Shown: positions 47,409 to 57,466, counted from the first letter of the stretch. The stretch is 64,000 nt of DNA from Patescibacteria group bacterium (GCA_049322215.1 JBMORU010000001.1:324023-388022); one strand, 5' to 3'. Notes: generated by a model not told the origin, from the letters alone. Program-made: numbers and translations.

Positions 47409-48401
47409 ATGAATAGAGACATTGTAATTTCTATTAAAACTGTAATTTTCACTCTTCTATTATTTTTAGGCATATATGTTGTGTATTTAGTTGGCCCCTT
47501 TTTAGTGCTAGCTCTTATTTCTCTTATTCTTATGCTTGCATTAGAGCCTGCAATTAAATATTTAATGAATAAGCATTTTTTAAACAAACCAGTTTCAAGA
47601 TCACTAGCGGTTACCATAACTTATTCACTCTTTCTTTTAGCTGTAATTTTTATTTTAGCTACCGGGTTACCTCCTGTTTTGTCACAAGCCAGAAAATTGA
47701 TAGCAAATATTTCAGGAGCTTTAAGCGGAATTCCCGGTTTTGAGCAGTATAGTGATATTTCTTCAAGCATCTTGTCTCAAATTCCTCAAATATCTGATAA
47801 TGCACTTTCAGCTGTTTTTTCGTTTTTTTCAAATGTATTCGCTGCTATTACAGTAATTGTGTTAGCTGTTTATATGTCTTTAGATTGGCCAAACATTAAA
47901 GAACGCTTTTTACAGCTTTTTCCGTCCAAAATTAAAAAAGAGGTAGCTGCAGGTATTATTGAAGTGGAAAGCAATATTGGTAGTTGGATTAAAGGACAAC
48001 TACTATTAATGGTTTTTGTTGGATCTTTAAGCTTTATTGGGTTAGCCGCTATAGGAGTTGATTATCCTCTTGCTTTAGGGCTAATATCAGGTTTATTAGA
48101 AATAGTTCCATTGATTGGGCCCTTAATTTCAGCAGTTTTAGCTGGTGTGGTAGGGTTTTCTGAGTCCCCTTTGCAAGGATCCGCAGTAATAGGTTTATTT
48201 GTTTTAATTCAACAAATAGAAAATAATTTTTTGGTTCCTAAAATCATGCAAAAAGTTGTTGGTTTTAGCCCCTTAGTTATTTTAATAGCAGTATTAATTG
48301 GTAACGATGTTTTTGGATTTTTGGGTGCTCTTTTATCTATACCTGTAATGTTAATTGGAGTTGTTATTGTTAAAAGATTTTTGCATTATTCTGATTCGTA
48401 A
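47409..48401 (+). CDS. AI-2E family (UPF0118/PerM-like) transporter
   Basis: Eight TM helices in a pattern typical of AI-2E family permeases (GxLxxIPLIGP motif: LEIVPLIGPLIS). Confidence 0.65.
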   Translation: MNRDIVISIKTVIFTLLLFLGIYVVYLVGPFLVLALISLILMLALEPAIKYLMNKHFLNKPVSRSLAVTITYSLFLLAVIFILATGLPPVLSQARKLIANISGALSGIPGFEQYSDISSSILSQIPQISDNALSAVFSFFSNVFAAITVIVLAVYMSLDWPNIKERFLQLFPSKIKKEVAAGIIEVESNIGSWIKGQLLLMVFVGSLSFIGLAAIGVDYPLALGLISGLLEIVPLIGPLISAVLAGVVGFSESPLQGSAVIGLFVLIQQIENNFLVPKIMQKVVGFSPLVILIAVLIGNDVFGFLGALLSIPVMLIGVVIVKRFLHYSDS

Positions 48402-48782
48402 TTGCAGGAGGCGTATAAGCCAGATTCTGTTTAAAGTGGCCATCTATCTTTGCCCCGTCTTTTTACCTTGTCGAGCAAACTTCATTCTACTGTGTAGAAA
48501 ACGGTAATGTCGCGGGTTGCTGCGGGTGGGATTGCCCGTTTCACTCCTTTTCCATACCTGAGATATTTTTAGCGATTAGCTAAATGCAATCATGTGGTTT
48601 AGGAAAAAGCTCGTCTCTGCTGCTCTCAAAGAATGTCAATTCATTCTCTGCCTTAATGCCTTTTCAAGCATTAAGTACCAGCTGTTGCCAGTCGGAGGTT
48701 ACCCTCCGTTCCCTTGCTCTATGCAGTCTGGACTTTCCTCTAGCTAAAGTTAGCCAGCGACCACACCGCCTCCTGCGCTGTT
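48402..48782 (-). ncRNA. rnpB: RNase P RNA, bacterial type (rnpB)
   Basis: The minus strand reads 5'-GCAGGAGGCGG...GAGGAAAGUCCAGACUGCAUAGAGCAAGGGAACGGAGGGUAAC... ...ACAGAAUCUGGCUUAUACGCCUCCUGC-3'. P4 halves GGAAAGUCCaGaC / ACAGAAuCUGGCUUA carry compensatory changes versus the E. coli GGAAAGUCCGGGC / ACAGAACCCGGCUUA. A P1 helix joins the two ends. Length about 380 nt; a GC-rich island with no ORF. Confidence 0.8.
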
Positions 48783-48840
48783 AAGTATACCAGTCAAATG
48801 TTATTATGACAATCTTTGCTGCTTATGTTAAGATACTGTC

Positions 48841-49911
48841 ATGGTAGAATTGGATCCCGAAAAATATCACTCATTCAAGGTAAAAAACAAATTAGTTTAT
48901 TTAGTGGTAGTGCTGATTTTTGTGCTTTCGGGTTTGGTTGCTTCAATAAAATACTATGAGTTTGCTGTTAATCGTGCAGCACAAACCGTAGACGAAAGTA
49001 CATTTGATATAAAAAAGGGCGAAGGTATTAGTACTATATCTGAGAATTTGTTTTCTGCAGGTTTAATTAATTCTCCTAACATTTTCAAAATTTATCTTTA
49101 CTTGAATAACTTGTCTAGCAAAATTCAAGCGGGTGTTTATACAATACCCGCAGGTACTTCGGTGGTTGAACTTGCTGAGTTGTTTCAACATGGAACTAAC
49201 GATAAAAGTGTAACTTTAATTGAGGGTTGGCGTGTAGAAGAATTTGCTATTAAGCTTACTGATGAGTTTGAGAATATTGATTACGCCACTTTTGTTTCTC
49301 AAGCACGTCGTTATGAAGGTTATTTATTTCCTGATACTTATAGTTTTGCATCTGATGTAGGTGCTGTTGAAGTGTTAAACAAACTTGTTTCTACATTTGA
49401 AACAAAAACAGAGGATATTCTTACAGATGAAAATTTAGCTAAAGCGGGTTTAACCAAAGAGGAAGCTGTTATTTTTGCATCAATTCTTGAACGTGAAGTA
49501 AATACTAATGAGGATATGCCTATTGTGGCTGGAATACTTATTAAAAGATGGCGCAATGGAGAATTAATAGGTGCTGATGCTACAACCCAGTATGCGGTAG
49601 CTACAGTAGATACTGATTGCACGGCTGCTGACGACTTAACGGTGTGTCCTGGCGAAACGGAAGCTCGTGCTATAACTTGGTGGAAGTCAGACTTATATCA
49701 AACTGATTTGGCTTACGAAAGCCCTTACAATACAAGATTGCGTGCAGGTTTACCTCCTACACCAATATCAAATCCAGGATTAGCCTCCATTGAGGCGGTA
49801 ATAAACCACGTTCCTACGTCGTATAATTATTATTTAACAGATGCTGATGGTGTTACGCACTATGCAGAAACGCTTGAGCAGCATAATTTAAATATCTCTA
49901 CTTATCTTTAA
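48841..49911 (+). CDS. mltG: Endolytic murein transglycosylase MltG (YceG-like)
   Basis: N-terminal TM, a LysM-like segment, and a YceG core (IIEGWRVEEFA...EASIIEREV motif region FASILEREVNTNEDMPIVAGILIKR). Confidence 0.7.
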   Translation: MVELDPEKYHSFKVKNKLVYLVVVLIFVLSGLVASIKYYEFAVNRAAQTVDESTFDIKKGEGISTISENLFSAGLINSPNIFKIYLYLNNLSSKIQAGVYTIPAGTSVVELAELFQHGTNDKSVTLIEGWRVEEFAIKLTDEFENIDYATFVSQARRYEGYLFPDTYSFASDVGAVEVLNKLVSTFETKTEDILTDENLAKAGLTKEEAVIFASILEREVNTNEDMPIVAGILIKRWRNGELIGADATTQYAVATVDTDCTAADDLTVCPGETEARAITWWKSDLYQTDLAYESPYNTRLRAGLPPTPISNPGLASIEAVINHVPTSYNYYLTDADGVTHYAETLEQHNLNISTYL

Positions 49912-50022
49912 TAGTATTTATAGTTAGCCAAATTTGTTTATGGTATTATTTACTAAGATGTTTTTTGGGAAATAAGTTAAAGTAAAATTTAATTTCCAAG
50001 AATAGCAACTTAGATAACTATT

Positions 50023-53000
50023 ATGAGAAAATTTGCAACTGTCTTTATTGTTTTATTAGGCGTTTTTGTTTACTCTTTGGGCTTATTGCCTCAAGGTTTA
50101 GTATCTGTGCCTTCTGCAAAAGGCCAAACTCTTACTCAAGGTCCTACCGTACATGTACACCCTCAAAACCCAAAGTATTTTGCGGATTCTAATGGGAATC
50201 CCTTATATTTAACAGGTTCACACACTTGGGCTTTATTACATCAACATCCTGATATTTCAGCGACCGACACGTCCGACGCGCATATGGCGGAGTTTTTAGA
50301 TACTGTGCAGGGTCATGGAAATAATTTTGTGAGATTTTGGTCTAACAGTTCTTATTTAGAATCAAAGCCATTCCCTTGGAAAAGAACTGGCCCAGGTACT
50401 GCTGCAGATGGACTTCCAAAATTTGACATGAAAAGTTTTGATAATAGCTATTTTACGAACTTACGTAAAAAAGTTGAAATGATAGAAAATAGAGGAATGT
50501 ATGCTTCGGTGATGCTGTTTGGCTCTTACAATGGGATTAAAAGTGACTGGGCAAATAATTCTGCTTGGTATCCAGGGAATAACATTAATCCTGAGTTGGC
50601 TTCTGCTTTTACCAATAGTAATCCACAGTCCTTTTTTACTACAAATTCAGCTGCTTTAGCTATACAAAAGTCATTAGTAAAACGAACAATTGATGAATTA
50701 AACCATTTGGACAACATAATGTGGGAAATTATGAATGAGCCAGATATGCCCCCAAGCGAAGTTTGGCATAATGAAATTATTGCCTATATTCGTGACTATG
50801 AAGCTACTAAACCAAAACAACATTTAATTGTAGCAACAACCGGCGGTGCTAGTGGCAATTTAAATAGCAGTTTATACAAAACAACAGCCGACGTAATTGC
50901 GCCTACAGTACGTGAGGTGAATTATAAAGATGGTGGCCCTGTGAATTACGACGCTAAATTAGTATTTGTTGATAGTGATCACTTATATGGGTATTCAAAA
51001 CTAGCCCAGAAACCCGATATATTAGATACACTATGGAAAAGTGTAACAAGAGGGAATCATTTCATATTTATGGACTCTTATGATACTGTCGATCCTGTTG
51101 GTAATGATGGTTTTGTAGATCCCGCTTGGAATGTTGTGCGAGACTCTATGGGAATTTCGAGAGAGTATTTAGGTAAAATGGATTTAGTCAAAGTTACGCC
51201 TAGCATTACTATATCTAGCACTGGTTATAGTTTAGTAAATCCTGGGAAGGAATATTTGGTATATCAACCTAGCAGTAAAGCTTTTACTGTTAATTTAACT
51301 GCTGGAGACTATGATTATGAATGGTTTAATACAAGTACCGCGAAAGCTTCGAATACAGGTACTATAACTGCTTCTGGTGGTAATTATAATTTCACTTCCC
51401 CTTTTGGTTATCCTGCCCTATTGTTTATAAAGGCTTCTACATCTACACCTCCTCCCCCTCCTGCTGACCCAGTGTGTGGGGACAACCAATGTAATGGGAA
51501 TGAAACATGTAGCACGTGTGCTTCGGACTGTGGTGTATGTGCTCCGCCACCATCTATTCCTCCTGCAGTAGGAAAGTTAGAAGCGGAGGATGCTGCCTTT
51601 GGGGATACATCCGCAGGCACCACTAAAATTTCTCAAGTACACACGGGATATAGCGGTAGTGGTTATATAGATATGAGTGACTTTCCAAACGGAAAAGACA
51701 GTTTTATTGAATGGACCATGGATGTAGCTACTGCCGGGAAATACAAATTAGACTTTAGCTATGCTTTAAATGGAACCACACGTTCTGTAGATCTTTTTAT
51801 AAATGGGCAAAATGTTGGCACTATAAACTTTACTTCAACAGGTTCTTGGACTTCAAGGGTAGAGATTGGGAATGAATATGATTTGCCTAAAGGCATTGTT
51901 AAGGTGCGCATACAGGCTACGGGTTTATATGGCGGGCCTGATGTAGATTACATGCGTGTAACCGAAGTTTCTGTGCTTCCTCCAGCACCCCCTATCTGTG
52001 GAGATAATGAGTGTAATAATGGTGCTGAGACCTGTGATACTTGTTCTGCGGATTGTGGTACTTGCCAAGATCCCACACCACCACCATCTAACACTGGTAA
52101 ACTCGAAGCTGAAGACGCCTCCTATGGAGACAATTACAAATTAGGTACTACTAAAGTGGCCACTGAGCATTCTGGTTACAGTGGTAGCGGTTTTGTTGAT
52201 ATAAGTGACTATCCTAATGGTAAAGGTGGTTATGTAGAATGGGAATTTAATGTAGAGAATGCGGGTACCTACAGCTTAGATATAGCCTATGCCCTGTATG
52301 GAGGTAAGAGGTATATGAATTTGATTGTTAACGGATCTTCGTTGGGAGAATTACCTTTTGCTAAAACTGGCGCGTGGGACAAATGGAGTATGGCAACAAA
52401 AGCTGTGGTGCTTAAGAATGGAACAAACACAGTACGTTTAGAAGGTACTCGAAGTAATGGCGGCCCTAATATAGATTATTTAAACACCCAATTACTAGTA
52501 TCTTCTAGCACTAAGTACGAAGCTGAAAATGCAGTTTTTGGAGATATTGTTGGTGGGGGTAAAACTAAGGTAGCAAAAGATTTTAATGGATATAGTGGCA
52601 CAGGGTTTATAGACTATAGTGATTTACCTGCCGGAACAGGCAGTTTTGTTGAATGGTCTGTAGATACTGGCGACGCAGGTGAATACCTTTTAAAGTTTGC
52701 ATATGCATTAGATTCGAAAAGTACTTGGATAGCTCCAAGCGGGGGTAGACCCTTAGACTTAACAGTAAACGGTAAACTAATTGAAAATATAACCTTTTTT
52801 GGAACCGGGAACTCTTGGGAAGCCTGGGATTCTTTAAGCACTATGGTGCCATTAAATGAAGGTACAAATAAAATTCGATTACAGGCAACCCACATGTCAG
52901 GAGGTCCCAATATGGATTATTTAGAGGTTACTCCCGTAAATGGGCTTCAGCCTACTGGGGGTGCCGCATCAGCTAACTCTTCTGAAGTTACGCTGTCTCC

Positions 53001-53586
53001 ATTTAGTAATAGTTCTTTAAACGCTGTAAACAACACAGTTGATTCTCAAGGTGATGAAGTACCTCAAAGTATTGAGCCTGTAACTTCTTCTGAATCCGAA
53101 TACGTTACTCCAACAGAATCTAATATGGTTTTTAGCACTAGTTTTGAAAAAGATCCAATGGGGGATTTCAGTACAAGCGGGAGACAGGCTGAATTTTCGT
53201 GGGCATCTGATACTGCACATACAGGGGGGCACTCATTAAAAACTGTAGTAAAAGACAGTAGATATTATGGAAGTTGGACAAGCAAACGCACTTATGTACA
53301 AGCTGAGGCTAATCAAACATATGATCTTTCACTATGGTTAAAAGGAGTAAACGTAACCGATGGGATGACTGTAACAATGAGCTATTACGGGGGTTTATCA
53401 GGCACACAATATTTAGGTAGATTTGAAACTACTGTGCCTTCTTCTAAGGTTACTCCCTCATGGAGTCAAACGGCTGTTCAAGGCGCAGCTCCAGAAAACA
53501 CAACATATATACGTGTGTCTATTAGTCTTAAAGGTTCTGGAACCTTATGGGTGGATGATTTAGAGGTGCAAAAGGTTTTGCCCTAA
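50023..53586 (+). CDS. Secreted multidomain glycoside hydrolase: GH5-like (clan GH-A, DUF4038/GH140-like) catalytic domain, 3 CBM6/CBM35-like modules, a CBM4_9-like module, and Cys-rich/Pro-Thr linkers
   Basis: Signal peptide, then a catalytic NEP motif (MWEIMNEP). Three repeats follow of LEAEDAxxGD...GYSGSGxxDxSDxPNGK...WxxxVxxAGxYxLxxxYA...GxR...LxxNG......GPxxDY. The C-terminal ...TLWVDDLEV is CenC-type. Linkers: CGDNQCNGNETCSTCASDCGVC and CGDNECNNGAETCDTCSADCGTC. Confidence 0.7.
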   Translation: MRKFATVFIVLLGVFVYSLGLLPQGLVSVPSAKGQTLTQGPTVHVHPQNPKYFADSNGNPLYLTGSHTWALLHQHPDISATDTSDAHMAEFLDTVQGHGNNFVRFWSNSSYLESKPFPWKRTGPGTAADGLPKFDMKSFDNSYFTNLRKKVEMIENRGMYASVMLFGSYNGIKSDWANNSAWYPGNNINPELASAFTNSNPQSFFTTNSAALAIQKSLVKRTIDELNHLDNIMWEIMNEPDMPPSEVWHNEIIAYIRDYEATKPKQHLIVATTGGASGNLNSSLYKTTADVIAPTVREVNYKDGGPVNYDAKLVFVDSDHLYGYSKLAQKPDILDTLWKSVTRGNHFIFMDSYDTVDPVGNDGFVDPAWNVVRDSMGISREYLGKMDLVKVTPSITISSTGYSLVNPGKEYLVYQPSSKAFTVNLTAGDYDYEWFNTSTAKASNTGTITASGGNYNFTSPFGYPALLFIKASTSTPPPPPADPVCGDNQCNGNETCSTCASDCGVCAPPPSIPPAVGKLEAEDAAFGDTSAGTTKISQVHTGYSGSGYIDMSDFPNGKDSFIEWTMDVATAGKYKLDFSYALNGTTRSVDLFINGQNVGTINFTSTGSWTSRVEIGNEYDLPKGIVKVRIQATGLYGGPDVDYMRVTEVSVLPPAPPICGDNECNNGAETCDTCSADCGTCQDPTPPPSNTGKLEAEDASYGDNYKLGTTKVATEHSGYSGSGFVDISDYPNGKGGYVEWEFNVENAGTYSLDIAYALYGGKRYMNLIVNGSSLGELPFAKTGAWDKWSMATKAVVLKNGTNTVRLEGTRSNGGPNIDYLNTQLLVSSSTKYEAENAVFGDIVGGGKTKVAKDFNGYSGTGFIDYSDLPAGTGSFVEWSVDTGDAGEYLLKFAYALDSKSTWIAPSGGRPLDLTVNGKLIENITFFGTGNSWEAWDSLSTMVPLNEGTNKIRLQATHMSGGPNMDYLEVTPVNGLQPTGGAASANSSEVTLSPFSNSSLNAVNNTVDSQGDEVPQSIEPVTSSESEYVTPTESNMVFSTSFEKDPMGDFSTSGRQAEFSWASDTAHTGGHSLKTVVKDSRYYGSWTSKRTYVQAEANQTYDLSLWLKGVNVTDGMTVTMSYYGGLSGTQYLGRFETTVPSSKVTPSWSQTAVQGAAPENTTYIRVSISLKGSGTLWVDDLEVQKVLP

Positions 53587-54011
53587 GCTTTCTCAACTAT
53601 TTCTTTGGTAACTTTTATAGCTTCTCTATCTAAAACTTCTTGTTCAACAAAAATATCAGAGTCAAACCTAATTGCCAACGCAACGGCATCTGTAACTCGT
53701 GCGTCCACGTCAAGTTCCATTTGACCTAGTTTTAAACGCACATGTGCGTAATAAATATCTTCTTTACTGTAGTAAATCACTGCTGATGTAATTGAGGCTC
53801 CCATAGAGCTTATTAATCGCCTAGTTGTATCATGAATATGCGGTCTGGCGCAGGGTATAGCGTGTTCTGCCATAGTAAGAGCTTTTGCAGAGTCACTTTC
53901 AATATTTATTGGTAATAGTATGTTAGATTGTTCGTCAAACAGATAAACAGTGTATTCTGCTGCGTTGTTTGGGTCAGGAACTATAGCTTTTATAAGCACC
54001 TGTTTTAACAT
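53583..54011 (-). CDS. Bifunctional nuclease family protein (BFN/DUF151)
   Basis: A 142-aa protein starting MLKQVLIKAIVPDPNNAAEYTVYLFDEQSNILLPINIESDSAKAL... matches the BFN-domain pattern (VxxxxDxxxNxPVVLLxxxxxxRxLPIxIGxxEAxAI). Confidence 0.6.
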   Translation of the reverse strand: MLKQVLIKAIVPDPNNAAEYTVYLFDEQSNILLPINIESDSAKALTMAEHAIPCARPHIHDTTRRLISSMGASITSAVIYYSKEDIYYAHVRLKLGQMELDVDARVTDAVALAIRFDSDIFVEQEVLDREAIKVTKEIVEKA

Positions 54012-54080
54012 TTTATTGCTAGAGCAGAATTACAATAGTAATATAACATATCTTGGCTGAATACCTTATAAGTATGTATA

Positions 54081-54542
54081 ATGGTTTTGCTTATGGAAAA
54101 TCTTAACCTGCCCAATTCTCAATTGTCGAAAATTCAAGGCTTAAAGGGCAAAAAATTGATTATTTTCTTATTATCTATTTTTGTGATTTTTGCATCAGTT
54201 GGCGCTGGTGTGGGTTTTGTAATTGTAAAAGATGACAAGCCCGCGCAATCTGCAGATAATAATACTGCGCAGGACGTTCCCATAAATGTGACCCAGGAGA
54301 TTATGTACAAAGGACGTATAACTTTTGTAGAGCCTTTGCTTTATCCAGAAGACGAGATATCATTTGCTTTGGTGAACTCTTCCAGTGAGCGAATTATTTT
54401 ACTCAAGGCCTTTGATCAAAAGTTAGAAGTTGCAGAGGGACATTTTGCAGAAGTTTACGGTAAACTTATAAAGACAAAAAATGGTAAGGAAGATGTATTA
54501 TTAGTAAATAAAGTTGTAATTGCTAATCAGTTATCTAAATGA
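54081..54542 (+). CDS. Hypothetical membrane-anchored protein (153 aa)
   Basis: One TM helix and no motif. Confidence 0.45.
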   Translation: MVLLMENLNLPNSQLSKIQGLKGKKLIIFLLSIFVIFASVGAGVGFVIVKDDKPAQSADNNTAQDVPINVTQEIMYKGRITFVEPLLYPEDEISFALVNSSSERIILLKAFDQKLEVAEGHFAEVYGKLIKTKNGKEDVLLVNKVVIANQLSK

Positions 54543-54543
54543 T

Positions 54544-55230
54544 ATGTCACTATTAAAATTTGAGAATGTAAAAAAAGAATATCCTACCGGAGTTATCGCA
54601 TTAGATACAGTAAACTTGACTGTTGAACCAGGTGATTTTGTTTTTTTGGTTGGACATTCTGGTGCTGGTAAATCTACCTTGGTTAAGTTGCTTATAAGAG
54701 AAATTTTACCTTCTTCAGGAGATATAAAAATTGATGGACAAAGTATTGTTGAACTTTCTAAAGATATGTTACCAACATTACGTCGTAAGGTAGGTGTAGT
54801 ATTTCAAGATTTCAAAGTCTTAAATTCAAAAACAGTTTTTGAAAATGTGGCTATAGCCTTAGAAGTTGTCGATACCCCCTGGCATGAAATAAAAGAGGTT
54901 GTTCCTAATGTTTTGGCTCTTGTGGGTTTAGCAGATAAGGCCGAAAGGTTTCCTGATCAGCTGTCGGGTGGTGAGCTACAAAGATTATCTATTGCCCGTG
55001 CTTTAGCACATGAACCCTTACTTTTGGTTGCCGATGAACCGACAGGCATGATAGATCCAAAAGCATCTGAAGAAGTAATGCAAATTCTTGAAAAAATAAA
55101 TGATTTAGGTACCACTATAATAATGGCTACACATGATCAAGCAATTGTAGACAAAATGAAAAAGCGAGTACTACGCTTAGAAAAAGGGCGTTTAAGTTCG
55201 GATAAGCAAGGAGGTAAGTACCATGCATAA
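54544..55230 (+). CDS. ftsE: Cell-division ABC ATPase FtsE (likely start at MSLLKF..., 54544; the track ORF starts at 54520)
   Basis: Walker A GHSGAGKST, ABC signature LSGGELQR, Walker B LLVADEPTG. Followed by ftsX overlapping by 8 nt. Confidence 0.85.
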   Translation: MSLLKFENVKKEYPTGVIALDTVNLTVEPGDFVFLVGHSGAGKSTLVKLLIREILPSSGDIKIDGQSIVELSKDMLPTLRRKVGVVFQDFKVLNSKTVFENVAIALEVVDTPWHEIKEVVPNVLALVGLADKAERFPDQLSGGELQRLSIARALAHEPLLLVADEPTGMIDPKASEEVMQILEKINDLGTTIIMATHDQAIVDKMKKRVLRLEKGRLSSDKQGGKYHA

Positions 55231-56131
55231 AACTTGGACAGCTTTTACAACAACTTTAAGACGTGAAAAATTACTTAGCCTTACAAATATTTCTGCTATG
55301 ACTGTTACGTTTTTCTTTTTAGGGATTTTTGTTACTGTTGGTGTTATTTCCCAAACAGCTATTACCCTTCTTGAAGATCAAGCGCAAACAACAATATTTT
55401 TTAAAGACGATTTCCCTGAAAATTCTATAATTAATCTAAAAGAAACATTAGAGTCTGATGCGCGCATTTCTTCAGTTGTTTATATATCAAAACAAGACGC
55501 ATTTAATATTTTTAAAGAAATCAACAAAGATGATCCAATTTTGTTAGAAGCTATCACTCCTGATATTCTTCCTGCAAGCCTAGAAATAAAAACAGAAGAT
55601 ATTAACGACCTTTCAATAGTTGCTGGTGAATTTGAGAGCTTAGATGGTGTAGAAGAGGTTAAATTTTTTGAAGATGTAATTTCTCGATTTAGAAATTGGA
55701 CTCAAACCATTTATGCTTATGGAATTATTTTAATGGCTATGTTTTTCTTAATTTCTTATTCCGTTGTGGTTGTGACTCTGCGAATGACAATTAACTCAAA
55801 AGGTGCTGAGTTAGAAATTATGAAGTTAGTTGGTGCTTCAGATTCTTATGTTAAGTCACCTTTGCTGTTACAGGGAGTGTTTTTCGGCTTTGTATCTGCC
55901 ATTGCGTCCTCAGTACTTTTGTTAATTGTATATTTATTGTATTTTGAGTTTAATGTGTTTAATATTTCAGGTTTGATTGGGTTATCAAATTATTCTGTTA
56001 CTGTACTTAGAGGTGTTACTGTTACTCAGTATGTTTATTTAGGTATTTTATCGTTGGTCTTAGTTATATCAGGTGTTATTTTGGGATATTTGGGAAGTTG
56101 GACTGCTGTTAGAAAATACTTAAAGTATTAA
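55223..56131 (+). CDS. ftsX: Cell-division permease-like protein FtsX
   Basis: TM1, a large periplasmic domain, then three C-terminal TM helices. Immediately downstream of ftsE. Confidence 0.8.
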   Translation: MHKTWTAFTTTLRREKLLSLTNISAMTVTFFFLGIFVTVGVISQTAITLLEDQAQTTIFFKDDFPENSIINLKETLESDARISSVVYISKQDAFNIFKEINKDDPILLEAITPDILPASLEIKTEDINDLSIVAGEFESLDGVEEVKFFEDVISRFRNWTQTIYAYGIILMAMFFLISYSVVVVTLRMTINSKGAELEIMKLVGASDSYVKSPLLLQGVFFGFVSAIASSVLLLIVYLLYFEFNVFNISGLIGLSNYSVTVLRGVTVTQYVYLGILSLVLVISGVILGYLGSWTAVRKYLKY

Positions 56132-56133
56132 GT

Positions 56134-57411
56134 ATGAAAAAACTATTATTTATATTTTTGCCCTTTTTAATTTTTACCCTTTTGTATTTTGGAGGGGAAT
56201 TTGTTGTTCATGCTCATCCCGAAGGGTTTTTAAGCCACATAGGGGGCACTGAGTCTGAAGATGCTCCGGTAAAAGATGAATCTACTAAAGCAGCCGAAGA
56301 AGCTCAAAAGGAATATGAAGAAAAAGTTGAGGAGCTTGAAGAAAAAATAGAAGAATATGAAGATAAAATAGATAATTTGCATAACGAAGCTTCCTCATTA
56401 TCTAAAGAAATCGAGCTGACTGACAGCCAAATTGGCTTAACTACATTAAGGATTCAAAGTACTCAAACCGAAATAAATCAAAAAGAACATGCCATAACCA
56501 ATTTGGCAGAAGATATAGATGAATTGAAGCTTCGTATAGAAAAACTTAAAGATAATATGGATTACCAGCAAGTTGTACTTTCTGAAAGACTACGCGCTCG
56601 TTACAAAGTTGTAGATAATTCTTTTGTTTTGGTTTTATTTGGCTCGGATGATTTATCGAGTGCTATACAAAAATCGGAATACTTAAAAATAATGAGTCGG
56701 TATGATCAAAAACTTCTGGATCAAATGCGTGAAACAAAAGAAGCTTTTGGTTTGCAACGCGACATTTTCGAAGAAAAAAAGCAGCAAGAAGAGAGTTTAA
56801 AAGCACAAATTGAGCAACAAAAACAAGAATTAGAAGTTTATAAAGTACAACTTGATCGTCAAAAAGAAGATAAAGAAGATTTACTAGAGGAAACACAAAA
56901 TGATGAGCAGAAGTATCAGCAACTACTGGCTCAAGTTCAGTCCGAGTTAGCTGCGCTTCAATTGGCAATAGACTTGCCCGAAGGAGAAGGTGAAAAAGTT
57001 AAGGAGGGGGATATTATTGGACTAATGGGTAATACCGGCTGCTCCTCTGATGCCCACTTACATTTTGGTTATGTGAAGAATGGGACTGCCCGCGACCCAC
57101 TGTCTCAACTGGACTCTGGTAACATAGCTTGGCCCGTGGACAACCCTAGAATTACGCAGGGTTTTGGGGCGAACTATACTTTTTACATGAATAATTTTGG
57201 TATTCCTGGTCACGATGCTTTAGATTTGGTTTCAGGTCAATGTTATGGGTCTGCATGTGCTGGTGCCCCCATCAGGGCAGCTAAAGATGGCGAGCTATAC
57301 TATGCCAAAGACGCTAAAGTTTACTGCCCACGGTTAAATAACTCCATTGGAAAAGGCGCGATAATCGACCATGGTGACGGAGAACGCACCATTTACTGGC
57401 ATCTACAGTAA
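56134..57411 (+). CDS. EnvC-like coiled-coil protein with a C-terminal M23 metallopeptidase domain
   Basis: Long coiled coil (aa 50-280), then an M23 LytM-like region (GLMGNTGCSSDAHLHFGY; HxxxD/HxH motifs). Adjacent to ftsEX, the conserved FtsEX-EnvC module. Confidence 0.75.
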   Translation: MKKLLFIFLPFLIFTLLYFGGEFVVHAHPEGFLSHIGGTESEDAPVKDESTKAAEEAQKEYEEKVEELEEKIEEYEDKIDNLHNEASSLSKEIELTDSQIGLTTLRIQSTQTEINQKEHAITNLAEDIDELKLRIEKLKDNMDYQQVVLSERLRARYKVVDNSFVLVLFGSDDLSSAIQKSEYLKIMSRYDQKLLDQMRETKEAFGLQRDIFEEKKQQEESLKAQIEQQKQELEVYKVQLDRQKEDKEDLLEETQNDEQKYQQLLAQVQSELAALQLAIDLPEGEGEKVKEGDIIGLMGNTGCSSDAHLHFGYVKNGTARDPLSQLDSGNIAWPVDNPRITQGFGANYTFYMNNFGIPGHDALDLVSGQCYGSACAGAPIRAAKDGELYYAKDAKVYCPRLNNSIGKGAIIDHGDGERTIYWHLQ

Positions 57412-57466
57412 TTCTATTTTTATTAGAGTTTAAACACTTTTTCTTTTTTTTACTCTTAGTTACTCT

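Noticed and set aside
48584-48784. The 66-aa + strand ORF in the track
   Set aside because: It lies entirely within the RNase P RNA gene on the opposite strand, has no RBS and is GC-rich non-coding-like. It is an artefact of the structured RNA region.
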